This document shows positions 48,990 to 59,099 of a stretch of 64,000 nt of DNA, one piece after another. The first letter of the stretch is position 1. The number at the start of each line of letters is the position of its first letter. The DNA is from Candidatus Latescibacterota bacterium (lineage in GTDB: Bacteria > Latescibacterota > UBA2968 > GCA-2709665), in assembly GCA_965205485.1 (NCBI GenBank), contig OZ242180.1, positions 3,936,001-4,000,000 on the forward strand, written 5' to 3'. Under the pieces are notes generated by a model, which saw only the letters and a list, made by a program, of their open reading frames with translations, was not told the origin of the DNA and did not search any database. The position numbers and the translations under genes are program-made.

Positions 48990-50159
48990 ATGTGGCGGCA
49001 TCAACTCTGCGCGGCAGTGCTGATTGCGGCGCTGTTGTCCGGATGCGGCAATCGACAGGAAAATCCGGTCGGTTCCAATATGATTACCCGTGCGCAGGGC
49101 CGGGTGGTCGAACTTCCGCTGATTCCTTCCCGGGCCGGCTCGACCCGGTTCGAGGGTACTTTCGGCCGTGCATTCGGCCAAAGTGACACGCTGATGGTCG
49201 GTCGGATGGGCGGACTCGTGCTCCGCTCGCTGTTCCGGTTCAGGTTGGATGCCGACTCGCTCCTGTCGGCCTCGGGTGGCTCCGGCGAGGCGGAACTTGC
49301 GGTTCTCGGCGTCCAGATCCGGATCTGGAAACGAACGTCATCCAGAGGCACCGAATTACTGGAGATACGACGTCCGGTCCAGGCTTGGAATGAGTTGGAC
49401 GAGTTTGTCGATACGCTCAGACACACCGCATCGGATTTTGCATCAACCGTGATCGAAGGGGCGACTGCGGCGTCCGTGGGCGACAGCCTGATTCTGATCG
49501 ACCTGCCGCCGGCGTACCTGTTGGCCGTTGCACGGGAGAACGCCGATGCCAAAGCGCTCGACGTCCTGCTGCAGCCGGCAGCTGACACGCGGTTCTTTAC
49601 AGGCCTTGTGTCGAGGGACGATAACCTTCCCGAAAACGTCAACAGGCTGCCTGAGATGCGATTGACGTTTTCCATCGACGGCAACACCAATACCCATGTC
49701 GCGGTTGCGTCGGAAGATACATACTGGGCGGCAAGGGACGGACCTGAATCCGGGATGCTGGTTCTGGCTACAATTGTACGGTTGAGTCCGGTATTTCGCT
49801 TCGACCTGCCGGACAGCATTCCCAGGGGAGCGACGGTTACGTCTTCAGAATTGCAACTGAATTACGATCGGTCGCAATCCATGTTCGGTGATTTCGTATT
49901 CTCGATTGAACGGATCAACGTCGACCCGGCATCCGGGGATACAACGTTCTCACTCGTCAACACGTGGCGGTTCGACGAACAGCCGGCGTCATACGCGGTT
50001 GACCAGAGTCTTGTTCAGGGCTGGCTCTCGGGAACGACCCGCAATTCGGGGCTTGCGCTCAGCACGCCGGTCACCGATAGGCGAAACTGGGACGTCAACT
50101 GGGTCGTGTTCCATAATCCAATGTTGAAGTTGATCTATTCAACCCCTCCCGACCCATAG
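48990..50159 (+). CDS. Hypothetical lipoprotein
   Basis: Lipobox LSGC, RBS gagga; two internally similar beta-rich halves (..FRF.L......P.LxLxY/F). Confidence 0.65.
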   Translation: MWRHQLCAAVLIAALLSGCGNRQENPVGSNMITRAQGRVVELPLIPSRAGSTRFEGTFGRAFGQSDTLMVGRMGGLVLRSLFRFRLDADSLLSASGGSGEAELAVLGVQIRIWKRTSSRGTELLEIRRPVQAWNELDEFVDTLRHTASDFASTVIEGATAASVGDSLILIDLPPAYLLAVARENADAKALDVLLQPAADTRFFTGLVSRDDNLPENVNRLPEMRLTFSIDGNTNTHVAVASEDTYWAARDGPESGMLVLATIVRLSPVFRFDLPDSIPRGATVTSSELQLNYDRSQSMFGDFVFSIERINVDPASGDTTFSLVNTWRFDEQPASYAVDQSLVQGWLSGTTRNSGLALSTPVTDRRNWDVNWVVFHNPMLKLIYSTPPDP

Positions 50160-50169
50160 GCACGTTTTC

Positions 50170-51429
50170 GTGAGGAATCCTGTGAACCATTTCGGCAGAG
50201 TTCCGGTTGCATTGCTCGGTTTTCTTGTTTTCGGCGCGTGGGTGGATTCGCCCGCCGCCAAATCAATCTTCTCATTCAACGGCGTCGGAGATGCCGAACG
50301 TCGTGTCGACGTGCGAGCCAGAGGTATGGGAGGCGCGGGCCGCGCGCTTGCCGACAGCCAGAATTTCAGTTCGGCAAACCCTGCGCTTCTGGCCGCATTC
50401 TCGCGCGCCGGCCTGCAGAGTCGCTTTTTCGTGCAACGGCGTTCGCTCGATGACGGACAGCGTCGGCACGTGGTTTCCGACGGTGATATCGGCGCATTCC
50501 AGATTGTGCTGCCCATTCGAAGTGGTACAGTCTTCGGTGCGGGCCTGGAGCCGCTGACGGACCTGGATTTCGATCTCGTCAGGGTCGTCAGCTCCACAGC
50601 GATTCCCTACGAATTGCGGGTGAACGCAACGGGCGGGATACAGGCGTTTACCTTCGGTGCGGCACAAAGGTGGGGAAGTCTGATGCTGGGCGGAAACCTG
50701 AGTATCATTTCAATCGGGACGATCAAGGAGACGTGGACGAAAGACTTCAGTTCCAGCGGACCCAATGGAGAGTCGAAGTCTTTTCTGTTGGATTCCAATA
50801 ACCGACAGATTCCTGAACACCTGAACAGCGAGGATCGGTATGTACGCACACACCGCGGGGCCCAGCCTGCGCTTGGTGCCATATACAACCGGAACGGCGT
50901 ATGGTTTTTCGGTGCTGCGATCCGGGCCGCCACGACGGTGACGCAGACGCGCATTCTGAGGAATTTCTTTGCGGAAATAGGGTTTGAAGAGGAGACGCGC
51001 TCAACGCTGGATCTGAAAATGCCGGCCAGCGTTGGCGTCGGGCTGGCCTACCGGCCGGGATATCGTTGGCTGGCGGCGCTCGATTACGAGCGGGCCTTCT
51101 GGGAAAAAACGGAGTCGGGACGCTACAATACCACCGATCTGGCGGGTGGATTTCTCTATAGGTTCGGCGATCCGGATCGCCGCACTACGCGTCGACCCAT
51201 CGAGTTGACGGCGGGTGCTCATTACCGGTCGCTGTATTTCAAGACCGAAGGGAACGCCCAGATCGATGAGTTGGGCGTGAGTCTGGGTATTTCACTGCCG
51301 TTTGAAACCCGAGGCGCCGGCAGTTTTCGCTACGTAATTGAGTTTGGCAGACGGGGCGACGTGACCGCGCATGGCGCAACCGAGCGATTTGTCATGCAGA
51401 CGTTTTCCTTGTCTGGCTGGTTGAATTAG
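50170..51429 (+). CDS. Outer membrane beta-barrel protein (FadL/PorV-like)
   Basis: Signal peptide, ARGMGGAG.A...NPA.LA plug motif, alternating beta strands, aromatic C-terminus. Confidence 0.72.
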   Translation: MRNPVNHFGRVPVALLGFLVFGAWVDSPAAKSIFSFNGVGDAERRVDVRARGMGGAGRALADSQNFSSANPALLAAFSRAGLQSRFFVQRRSLDDGQRRHVVSDGDIGAFQIVLPIRSGTVFGAGLEPLTDLDFDLVRVVSSTAIPYELRVNATGGIQAFTFGAAQRWGSLMLGGNLSIISIGTIKETWTKDFSSSGPNGESKSFLLDSNNRQIPEHLNSEDRYVRTHRGAQPALGAIYNRNGVWFFGAAIRAATTVTQTRILRNFFAEIGFEEETRSTLDLKMPASVGVGLAYRPGYRWLAALDYERAFWEKTESGRYNTTDLAGGFLYRFGDPDRRTTRRPIELTAGAHYRSLYFKTEGNAQIDELGVSLGISLPFETRGAGSFRYVIEFGRRGDVTAHGATERFVMQTFSLSGWLN

Positions 51430-51530
51430 CGTTACAGGCAGCAGTGACTGGATTCCGTTTATTGGTAACGCCCGGCCATCCCGCCTGTGGATGGCCCCTT
51501 TATTTCCCCGAACCGCTCGAACGGAGCGCG

Positions 51531-51624
51531 GCCTGAGAAGCTGTTTTAAAATTACCGGTGAGTTCCCGACCGGCGCTTTTGTAGCCGTACGAAGACCGCT
51601 GGGAATTCTAAGACAGCTTCTGAA
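51531..51624. mobile_element. MITE-like element, internally deleted copy
   Basis: Near-identical to both ends of 34568..34786 with the middle 126 bp missing. Confidence 0.75.
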
Positions 51625-52792
51625 TACGGCTGCGATCCAACCGTTCGTAGAGGTAGAGAACGGGGGCCGTCAGCACAGGGATGGCGACGCCGCACAGAAG
51701 GACCACACCGGCGGACAGGCCGTTTCGCACTCCCGGCGCTATTGCCGGCGAGAACGCTTCGTGCAGAAGAACAAACACGAAAAACCCCTGAGGCAGCAGT
51801 TGTGCCCAGTCCCGAATGTGTAAGCTGGCCCAACGCATGGCGGACAGTCCGCCGGCGGTCTTGCCAATAATCATCGCGGCCACATAGATGCCCAGAATCG
51901 TCCAGTGAAGCGCGGAAAGTTCCAGGAGGCCGGTAAGGTCAAGGCCGGCTGCATAATACATGAGTACAACATGAGCGAGAGGTACCGACAGGGGCGCCAT
52001 TCCCCGCAGCGCGAATCCGGACCTCCCCGACCTCGCGGACACGCCCACACCTGTCACGAGCGACAGAAAAAGAGGGGATATATGCATGGTTCGAGCGGAG
52101 ACGAAAAGCGTCGCCACAATTGCGCCGAACAGGACCTGTCCGCCTATTCCGGTTCTTACCGTGTGCGTCATCCTCGCGATGAGTTCGACGCCCACCGCCC
52201 ACATTATCGCCGACGGTACCGCCCGATACAGTCCCGGTGTGCGCACGAAGAAGTCGGCGAGGAACCAGAGTGAAAGGCCCAACGTCGTAACAAGGATCGA
52301 AAAGGACAAGCCCTCGCGACGATCATGTTGAGAGATGAGCGTGATCATCGGTCCGGACATCCCGGCAAGAAGACCTAGGCGGATTGCCTGGACGACCGGA
52401 AAACCCAACAACAGAAAAAACGCCAGAAATGCCGGGATCAGCGTTGCGCCGATGGAGATTATCGCGGAGACTCCGAGATTCTTGCTGAGGAACCGGTGAT
52501 AGGAAAAACTCGCGCCAAGGTAAAGGCCGACCCAGACCTGGGCCAACTCGGCAAGTGGCGCGGTTGCAACGAATGCCTCCGTGTGGCGGATTCCGAATCC
52601 GCTCGCCAGAAGACCGAGCACAAGGGGTATAACGTGGAATGGAATGGCTGAGCCCGCCAACGTGCCCGCCAGGGTCAGCGGTACGACCAGCATGAGACCC
52701 ACGTACACCACAGGTCGGATCGAATGCGGAAAGTCGTGTTGGGCTCCCCACACAACCACGCACAAAATGACGCAGATGAGAAACCGTCTCAT
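51608..52792 (-). CDS. Polytopic membrane protein, divergent cation:proton antiporter (CPA)-like
   Basis: About 12 hydrophobic segments; AAGLDL...IGKTAG...LLPQG pattern resembling CPA2 C-terminal motifs. Confidence 0.6.
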   Translation of the reverse strand: MRRFLICVILCVVVWGAQHDFPHSIRPVVYVGLMLVVPLTLAGTLAGSAIPFHVIPLVLGLLASGFGIRHTEAFVATAPLAELAQVWVGLYLGASFSYHRFLSKNLGVSAIISIGATLIPAFLAFFLLLGFPVVQAIRLGLLAGMSGPMITLISQHDRREGLSFSILVTTLGLSLWFLADFFVRTPGLYRAVPSAIMWAVGVELIARMTHTVRTGIGGQVLFGAIVATLFVSARTMHISPLFLSLVTGVGVSARSGRSGFALRGMAPLSVPLAHVVLMYYAAGLDLTGLLELSALHWTILGIYVAAMIIGKTAGGLSAMRWASLHIRDWAQLLPQGFFVFVLLHEAFSPAIAPGVRNGLSAGVVLLCGVAIPVLTAPVLYLYERLDRSRIQKLS

Positions 52793-52816
52793 ACGATGTC
52801 AACCGTACGTTTCGCG

Positions 52817-54025
52817 TCAGGCGGAAACGTCTCGAGGTTTGGGCAGCGGGGTCGCCTGCCCGATAGCGGCCGCAACAAGAATGGCGGCGATAAGGGCGTA
52901 CAGGTTCGGCCCCGAATCCAGCAAGAGCAGCTGAGCGACGAGGGCGACGGACAAGGTCCCGAGCGGCCTGAGCGCGGAGCCGATGATTTCGGTCAGCGAA
53001 AGATGGCAGCGGGTCGCCCGCGCGGCAACCGTCACGCTGATGCCTCTCGCCAGACTTCTGGCGACCAGAAACAGAAAGGCGAATGCGGTCAATCGTAAAA
53101 CAGGCAGGTTCTGTGTCGCAAGCAGGCCGCCGATAACCACGAAAAAGACGGGCTGCAGGATACCGGTGGTCTTCTCCAGGATTTCAAGCGCAACCCGTCG
53201 CCGCGTGGTGGTGTTGATGAACCAGACGCCTGAAATGAACCCAACCACAACCCCCGGAATCGCCTTGCCTGCGCAGAGTCCTCCAAACGTAGCGACGATA
53301 CCGGTCGCGACAATCGCGCATACGACATCCTCCTGAAAGGTGCTGAAGACAAAGGTCAGCAGCAGCCCCAGAAGAATTCCGGCACACGCGTATAGGGCAA
53401 GGAAACTGCTGGTACTCACCAATGTGAACGGTCCCAGTTCGATGACGGCGACGCCCGCACAGTATGGATACAGGACCGTAAGAAGCGTCATCCCCGCCGC
53501 GTTGGTGATGAGCGGTCCCGCCGGCGCATTGTCAACGTCGGGTGTTTCAAGTTCGGACCGGGCGTAAAAGATTCGATCCGGCATACGCAGCGTGGTCGCC
53601 ACCGCGCCCAACAGCAACGCAACGAGGGCGGGTTCGGCGGCGATGCCCATTTGATACCGCAACACAGGCCTCCATAACAGGGCAAGGGAAAAGACCAGGG
53701 CGGCGGTTCCCGCGACCTGAAGGCCTTCGAGCGCGTGGAATCGCGACGCCCGCCTTCCCAGGCGCCTGAAATCGAACCGAAGACCCGCGACAATTCCGAT
53801 CCACACCAGAATGACGCCCAACAGTTCCCTTTGTATGTCTTCAATGACAGCAGCCAGATCGTAGTCCATCGTCAGGGCGATGCCGGTGGCGATACCGATC
53901 GGAACGAAATGCAGGTGGTTGGCTCGCAGACTGTCCAGCGGTGCGGCGAGCCACCGTCGCACGAACAGGTGGCGGCAGATCAGGCAGATAACGTAGATGA
54001 GGTAGATGCTGGCAATGATTCGCAT
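52817..54025 (-). CDS. Polytopic membrane protein, divergent cation:proton antiporter (CPA)-like
   Basis: About 12 TM segments; WIGIVAGLRFDFRRL, PVFFVVIG, ARSLAR; RBS ggagga. Confidence 0.62.
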   Translation of the reverse strand: MRIIASIYLIYVICLICRHLFVRRWLAAPLDSLRANHLHFVPIGIATGIALTMDYDLAAVIEDIQRELLGVILVWIGIVAGLRFDFRRLGRRASRFHALEGLQVAGTAALVFSLALLWRPVLRYQMGIAAEPALVALLLGAVATTLRMPDRIFYARSELETPDVDNAPAGPLITNAAGMTLLTVLYPYCAGVAVIELGPFTLVSTSSFLALYACAGILLGLLLTFVFSTFQEDVVCAIVATGIVATFGGLCAGKAIPGVVVGFISGVWFINTTTRRRVALEILEKTTGILQPVFFVVIGGLLATQNLPVLRLTAFAFLFLVARSLARGISVTVAARATRCHLSLTEIIGSALRPLGTLSVALVAQLLLLDSGPNLYALIAAILVAAAIGQATPLPKPRDVSA

Positions 54026-54141
54026 GTGCTGTACTCGTTTTCCTCCGTCCGGATGTCGCGGCGGTGAATCCGTGTACGGAGTATAGCCCCTGGCCGATAC
54101 CAAGTCAAGTTCGAAGTCCCTGATCGATGGAATCCATCTTC

Positions 54142-54170
54142 TTGACAGGCCTGGTGTTTTGGTATATATT
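54142..54170 (+). promoter_or_regulatory. Sigma-70-type promoter for hprK
   Basis: TTGACA-N17-TATATT in the divergent intergenic region. Confidence 0.7.
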
Positions 54171-54309
54171 CGCATCCTGCAAGAACCTATTAATTTTCAG
54201 GTTATGTGCGTAGGTCCGAGGGTTGACCAACGCAACCCCGGGCATACGGATTGTGTCTTTGCGTGCCGGGTATTCGGGCTCGCAGCCACGCTCAGCCGCG
54301 GAGCGCCGT

Positions 54310-55278
54310 GTGCAGGAAATCACGATCGCCGAAGTCCTGGAACAGTTCGGCGAAAAGCTGGCCCTGAAATTGATCGCCGGCAAAGACTGTAAGGACAAGG
54401 CGCTGACGTCCAGCGATGTACACCGACCCGGTCTCGTGCTTGCCGGATTCGTGGGTCTGTTTACGTTCGATCGGGCACAGGTACTCGGTAACTCGGAAAT
54501 GTTGTACCTCGATGGCCTCTCACCCCGCAGACTCCGGACGGTACTGGAGACGGTGTTTCAGTTCGACATCCCCTGCGTGGTGGTAACCGACGGAAACGAG
54601 GTGCCGCGGACCATGGTGGATCTGGCCGGGCAGCGCGGGATTCCCTTGATGGTCACGCCATTCTCCACGACTAAGTTTTCCCATCTCTTCTCGTACTACC
54701 TGGACGACGTATTCGCGCCCCGGACCGCCATTCATGGATCTCTTGTCGATGTTTACGGAATCGGTCTTCTGTTTACCGGTCGAAGCGGTATCGGCAAGAG
54801 TGAAATCGCGCTGGATCTCGTCGAGCGTGGGCACCGCCTGGTTGCCGACGACATCGTGCTGGTGTCCAGAAAACTCCAGGGCATACTCGTCGGCACCTGC
54901 GGCGATACGCTTCGGGATCACATGGAAGTCCGCGGTCTGGGTATTCTGAACGTCAGGCACATGTTCGGTATCGCCGCCTTTCGAATTCAGAAACGGGTCG
55001 AGGTCGTGGTCCAGCTTGTGGAGTGGGACGAGACCGAATCCTACGAGCGTGTCGGGTTGGAGGAGGACTGGGTGTCGATTCTCGACGTGGAGATTCCGCA
55101 GGTGACCGTACCGATCTATCCGGGCAAGAACATTACGGTCATTGCCGAAGCCATTGCATTGAATTATCAGCTCAAGATTCAGGGTTACCATACGGCGCGG
55201 GAGTTCAATCAGAGATTGATCGACAAAATCAGCCGTAAGGGTGCTTTGGAGATGCCGATTCGAGCAGACATCGAGTAG
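54310..55278 (+). CDS. hprK: HPr kinase/phosphorylase
   Basis: HRPGLVLAG, IHGSLVDVYGIG, Walker A GRSGIGKSE, GHRLVADD, MEVRGLG, PGKNI; GTG start. Confidence 0.96.
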   Translation: MQEITIAEVLEQFGEKLALKLIAGKDCKDKALTSSDVHRPGLVLAGFVGLFTFDRAQVLGNSEMLYLDGLSPRRLRTVLETVFQFDIPCVVVTDGNEVPRTMVDLAGQRGIPLMVTPFSTTKFSHLFSYYLDDVFAPRTAIHGSLVDVYGIGLLFTGRSGIGKSEIALDLVERGHRLVADDIVLVSRKLQGILVGTCGDTLRDHMEVRGLGILNVRHMFGIAAFRIQKRVEVVVQLVEWDETESYERVGLEEDWVSILDVEIPQVTVPIYPGKNITVIAEAIALNYQLKIQGYHTAREFNQRLIDKISRKGALEMPIRADIE

Positions 55279-55397
55279 CCCGGTCGTATTCCGGCCGCTC
55301 GAATACAACGGCTCGCGAGACGTTGCGAACTTACCGCCCGGCATATGTCCGGCTGCGCAAATCGGGCGCCGGAGTTCAAACCAGGGAGCGATGCGTA

Positions 55398-56318
55398 ATG
55401 ACGAGAGCGATTGCTGTCATCCTGTGTCTGGCGGTTTGCGCCGGATGCGACAATGAAGCCGCGCGCAGGGAGAAAAAGGCACAGCGTCTGTATTATGTGG
55501 TATTCAGAGACCTGGAAGAACGGATGGATTCCCTGCCGACGACGATCGAGCAGTACGGCGGGATCGCCAGGGAATTCGGGGATACACCGACCGGGAAAAA
55601 GGCGGCAAATCGTCATGGCCAGCTTTTGAGAGCCCAGGTCTTGCTGGCGGGTGCGGACTCCCTCGGTGAAGGCGAGTGGGCGCCATTGTATTCTCGCGTG
55701 GATTCCGTTGCGCCGGGATACCCGCCGGTTGTCCGCGCGCTGGGTCGGCATTATTACAACAATATCTACCAGAGTGCGCGATCCGGCGCGATGACGGGCC
55801 ATCCGTGGATAATACAGAGCGTACTGAACGTCTGGGGGCTCCAGGACAGTCTCTGGTCGAAGTACGAATTCCGTCCAACCGAGGCCGACAAAGCCTGGCG
55901 TGACCGATTGTGCCGGCAGGCGACCGACGTCGCGCGGATGCTGGAAAGCGCCAGGCGCTATCCCGAAGCGCTTCGGGTCGTGAACCGCGGGCTGGAATAT
56001 GGCGTCGGAGACGACGCGATCGCCCATGCAAGGGTATTCGCGTCCTATTACACGTTCAGGTCCGCACGCTACGAGGAAGGCGTCGACCTTGCCAGGAAAG
56101 CGCTGGACTATGAGTTTCTCGGGAAGGAAGACAGAGCCAGGGCGCACCATGTCATCGGTCTGTGCTTCTGGCGTCTGTCGGAGCGGCGCAATGATTCGGC
56201 GGATCTGCAACACGCAATCGACGCGTTGAATGAGGCGTTGCGGATCGATCCGGGTCTCACGCCCGTGAAGGAGCTGCTGAAGGAGCTTCGCCTGTATCAG
56301 AAGCGGAATCCCGCGTAG
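55398..56318 (+). CDS. TPR-like lipoprotein
   Basis: Lipobox CAGC; helical repeats with C-terminal A..AL.IDP TPR signature. Confidence 0.65.
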   Translation: MTRAIAVILCLAVCAGCDNEAARREKKAQRLYYVVFRDLEERMDSLPTTIEQYGGIAREFGDTPTGKKAANRHGQLLRAQVLLAGADSLGEGEWAPLYSRVDSVAPGYPPVVRALGRHYYNNIYQSARSGAMTGHPWIIQSVLNVWGLQDSLWSKYEFRPTEADKAWRDRLCRQATDVARMLESARRYPEALRVVNRGLEYGVGDDAIAHARVFASYYTFRSARYEEGVDLARKALDYEFLGKEDRARAHHVIGLCFWRLSERRNDSADLQHAIDALNEALRIDPGLTPVKELLKELRLYQKRNPA

Positions 56319-56423
56319 TATGAATGATTCGCATCGGTCATTGCGCGCGCCCGTCCGCCACGGAGGCGGGCAGCGAAGAGTGCCGGTAGGTGACCGGGCG
56401 CCGAATGGAGATTGAATCGGGGT

Positions 56424-57731
56424 ATGGGAACGGTCGTATGCAAATTCGGCGGGAGTTCGCTGGCCGACGACCGGCAGGTGGAACAGGTCAGGCGGATTAT
56501 CGAATCGGATTCACGAAGGTGTCTTGTCGTACCCTCCGCGCCCGGAAAGCGCGACGACTCGGATACGAAAATTACGGACCTGCTCTACCTGTGCCACGAA
56601 CTGGCCAGGCAGAGTCTGGATTTTTCGCAACCCTTCGCGATGGTACGCGCGAGATACGAAGAGCTGGCGGCAAAACTGGGCATCTCTCTCAATATCGGCC
56701 GGCTGCTCGACCAGCTGAAAGTGAATATTGACAACGGAGCATCCCGGGATTATGTCGCTTCGAGGGGAGAGTTTCTTTGCGGTCAGGTGATCTCCGATTA
56801 TCTGGGCGCGAACTTCATCGACGCGGCGGAGGTCATCCGTTTTCGCGCGGACGGCGAACTGGACCCCGCAAGTTACCGCCTTATCCGGGAACGGGTTGAC
56901 GGCAGCGGTATGTTCGTCATTCCCGGATTCTACGGCAGCGATCCGGAAGGCGCGGCGCGGACGTTTTCGCGAGGCGGTTCCGATATCACCGGCGCAGTGG
57001 TGGCGCGGGCCGTCGATGCCGAGGTCTACGAGAACTGGACCGACGTATCGGGCCTGCTGATGGCCGATCCGGGCCTGGTGCCCGATGCGCGGCCGGTTCG
57101 TGAAATCACGTATCGCGAGGTCCGTGAACTGGCTTATATGGGGGCATCGGTTTTCCACGACGAGGCCATGTTTCCCGTACGCGCGGCGGGGATTCCCATC
57201 CATATCCGTAATACGAACCGGCCCCTGGATCCCGGAACCCGCATCCTGGCACGGAGGGAACTGACAGCCGATCTCATTGCCGGTGTGGCCGGGCAGCCGG
57301 CATTTACGATGCTGTTTATCGAAAAGGCGATGATGAACCAGCAGAAGGGGTTCGGCCGGCAGGTGCTCGAGGTGGTGGCTTCGCACGATATCAGTTACGA
57401 ACATACGCCGTCCGGTATCGACACGATGTCAGTAATCATGCGGGACGACCAACTGGGCGGGAAGGGAGAGCGCCTCGTCGACGATATTCAGCGAATTCTG
57501 CAGCCGGATCGCGTGGAACTGCTAACGGGGTTGGCGCTCATAGCAACGGTTGGCGAAGGCATGTCGCATCGTATCGGAATCGCCGCGCGTTTGTTCACCG
57601 CGCTCGCGGATGCACGCGTCAATGTCCGGGTGATCGATCAGGGCGCATCCGAAATCAATATCATCGTAGGTGTGGAAGAGGCGGACTACAAGCGCGCTGT
57701 ACGCGCGATATACAATGCTTTTGTTGACTGA
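56424..57731 (+). CDS. lysC: Aspartate kinase (YclM/AK III-like, two ACT domains)
   Basis: KFGGSSLAD, VPSAPGKR, TFSRGGSDITG, YENWTDVSG, DQGASEINI. Confidence 0.93.
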   Translation: MGTVVCKFGGSSLADDRQVEQVRRIIESDSRRCLVVPSAPGKRDDSDTKITDLLYLCHELARQSLDFSQPFAMVRARYEELAAKLGISLNIGRLLDQLKVNIDNGASRDYVASRGEFLCGQVISDYLGANFIDAAEVIRFRADGELDPASYRLIRERVDGSGMFVIPGFYGSDPEGAARTFSRGGSDITGAVVARAVDAEVYENWTDVSGLLMADPGLVPDARPVREITYREVRELAYMGASVFHDEAMFPVRAAGIPIHIRNTNRPLDPGTRILARRELTADLIAGVAGQPAFTMLFIEKAMMNQQKGFGRQVLEVVASHDISYEHTPSGIDTMSVIMRDDQLGGKGERLVDDIQRILQPDRVELLTGLALIATVGEGMSHRIGIAARLFTALADARVNVRVIDQGASEINIIVGVEEADYKRAVRAIYNAFVD

Positions 57732-57755
57732 TCCGCGACCATGCGTCAATCCTGA

Positions 57756-57786
57756 AAAAGGGGCTTCCTCAAAGGAAGCCCCTTTT
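57756..57786. terminator. Bidirectional intrinsic terminator
   Basis: AAAAGGGGCTTCCT-CAA-AGGAAGCCCCTTTT between convergent genes. Confidence 0.85.
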
Positions 57787-57822
57787 GGGTTTGGCGTGCA
57801 ATCGAGCACTGGATTCGAGTCG

Positions 57823-59076
57823 TCAGACCCGGTCATTTTCCCTGACCGGCGAACGGGATGCCGCCTTGTACCTGCTGTCGAATCCTTCGCTTCCGTCGTC
57901 GGGTTCGATCGTCAGAATCGAGCCGGGTTCCGAAATCGGCTGCGCGTCTTCAACGTAGATCCGGTGAAGGTCCTGGCGGTTGCAGGCGTAGCATGTGGCT
58001 TCTCCATTGGCACGGGCGTACCTGTATAGATGACGCGGCGCGTCGACCCAGGCATGGGAGACTGCATATCGCGTTAACGCGTCAGCGTCGACGTCGATGC
58101 CCAGACCCGGCGCTTCGGGCACTCTGTAGAATCCGCCTCGCACGTCATGGGGCGCGGCGATCAGTGCGTGTTCCCAGATGTTCATACAGGTGATGGCCGG
58201 CCATCTGGCCTGCGGCAGTACCGCTCCGAGGTGCGCCGCCCACGCCGTTGTAATCCCGGTACCGACCAGCTGCAGCCAGAAGGGCTTGTTGGCTTCTTCG
58301 CACACGGCGGCCTGCCTCAACAGCCGCGACGCGCCGGCGCACAGCACGAAGCCGTCCGTCACGTCCTCCTTCAATGCAGTGATTGCCGGCGGGCTTCCGT
58401 AATGCATCGCCAGAGGCCGATTGAATCGCGTACGGATCTGCCGGTTGCCTGCCACGTCGTTCTGGGGTATCGGCGTTTCTACCATCGCGATCTCGGGATA
58501 GGCCTCCAACGCCTTCAGGTGGGGTACGGCGTTTGCCGAATTGCCCAGCGTACCGTTGTAGTCAATGTCGAGATGGAACCCGTCCGGGACCACTTCCCGC
58601 ACGGCTTGCACCGATGCGTGCAGATCGAACCACGGCCTGGCTTTGAGTTTGGCGCTCATATATCCGGTGTTTACGGCCTGACGGCATTCTTCCGCCCAGT
58701 CGCCGGGCGGCATGTCCATGTGCCACCAGGAGATCGGGCACCAGTCCCGGACCTTTGTGCCGAGCAACCGGTAGACCGGCACGCCAAGGCTTTTACCCAC
58801 GGCATCGAACAGCGCCATTTGAACGCCTGCGCCCAGATTATCGTCCCACATCAACTCTGCGGCGGGCCGCTCCAGGATGCGACTTTCGATCCCTTCGGGC
58901 ACCTGCGACCATGTATAGTTGTGGACGGTTTCACCGTAACCCACAATACCGCTATCCATCGTGAGACGGCAAATCTGGATGATACGCCACTGGGGCAGCC
59001 AGTATTGGAGGTGTTCATTGCTGTGCGGCGTGAACGGCACGTCCAGGAACGTGATTTCGACCTCTTTGACCTGCAT
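57823..59076 (-). CDS. Mandelate racemase/muconate lactonizing enzyme (enolase superfamily) protein
   Basis: GYGET, MALFDAVGK.LGVPVY.LLG, KLK, IDYN, VETP, PEAPGLGIDVD; RBS gaggag before ATG 59076. Confidence 0.88.
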   Translation of the reverse strand: MQVKEVEITFLDVPFTPHSNEHLQYWLPQWRIIQICRLTMDSGIVGYGETVHNYTWSQVPEGIESRILERPAAELMWDDNLGAGVQMALFDAVGKSLGVPVYRLLGTKVRDWCPISWWHMDMPPGDWAEECRQAVNTGYMSAKLKARPWFDLHASVQAVREVVPDGFHLDIDYNGTLGNSANAVPHLKALEAYPEIAMVETPIPQNDVAGNRQIRTRFNRPLAMHYGSPPAITALKEDVTDGFVLCAGASRLLRQAAVCEEANKPFWLQLVGTGITTAWAAHLGAVLPQARWPAITCMNIWEHALIAAPHDVRGGFYRVPEAPGLGIDVDADALTRYAVSHAWVDAPRHLYRYARANGEATCYACNRQDLHRIYVEDAQPISEPGSILTIEPDDGSEGFDSRYKAASRSPVRENDRV

Positions 59077-59099
59077 CGGGATTCTCCTCGGGAATTGGA

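Noticed and set aside
56319..56423. Possible lysine riboswitch before the aspartokinase
   Set aside because: Only about 105 bp, with none of the L-box blocks
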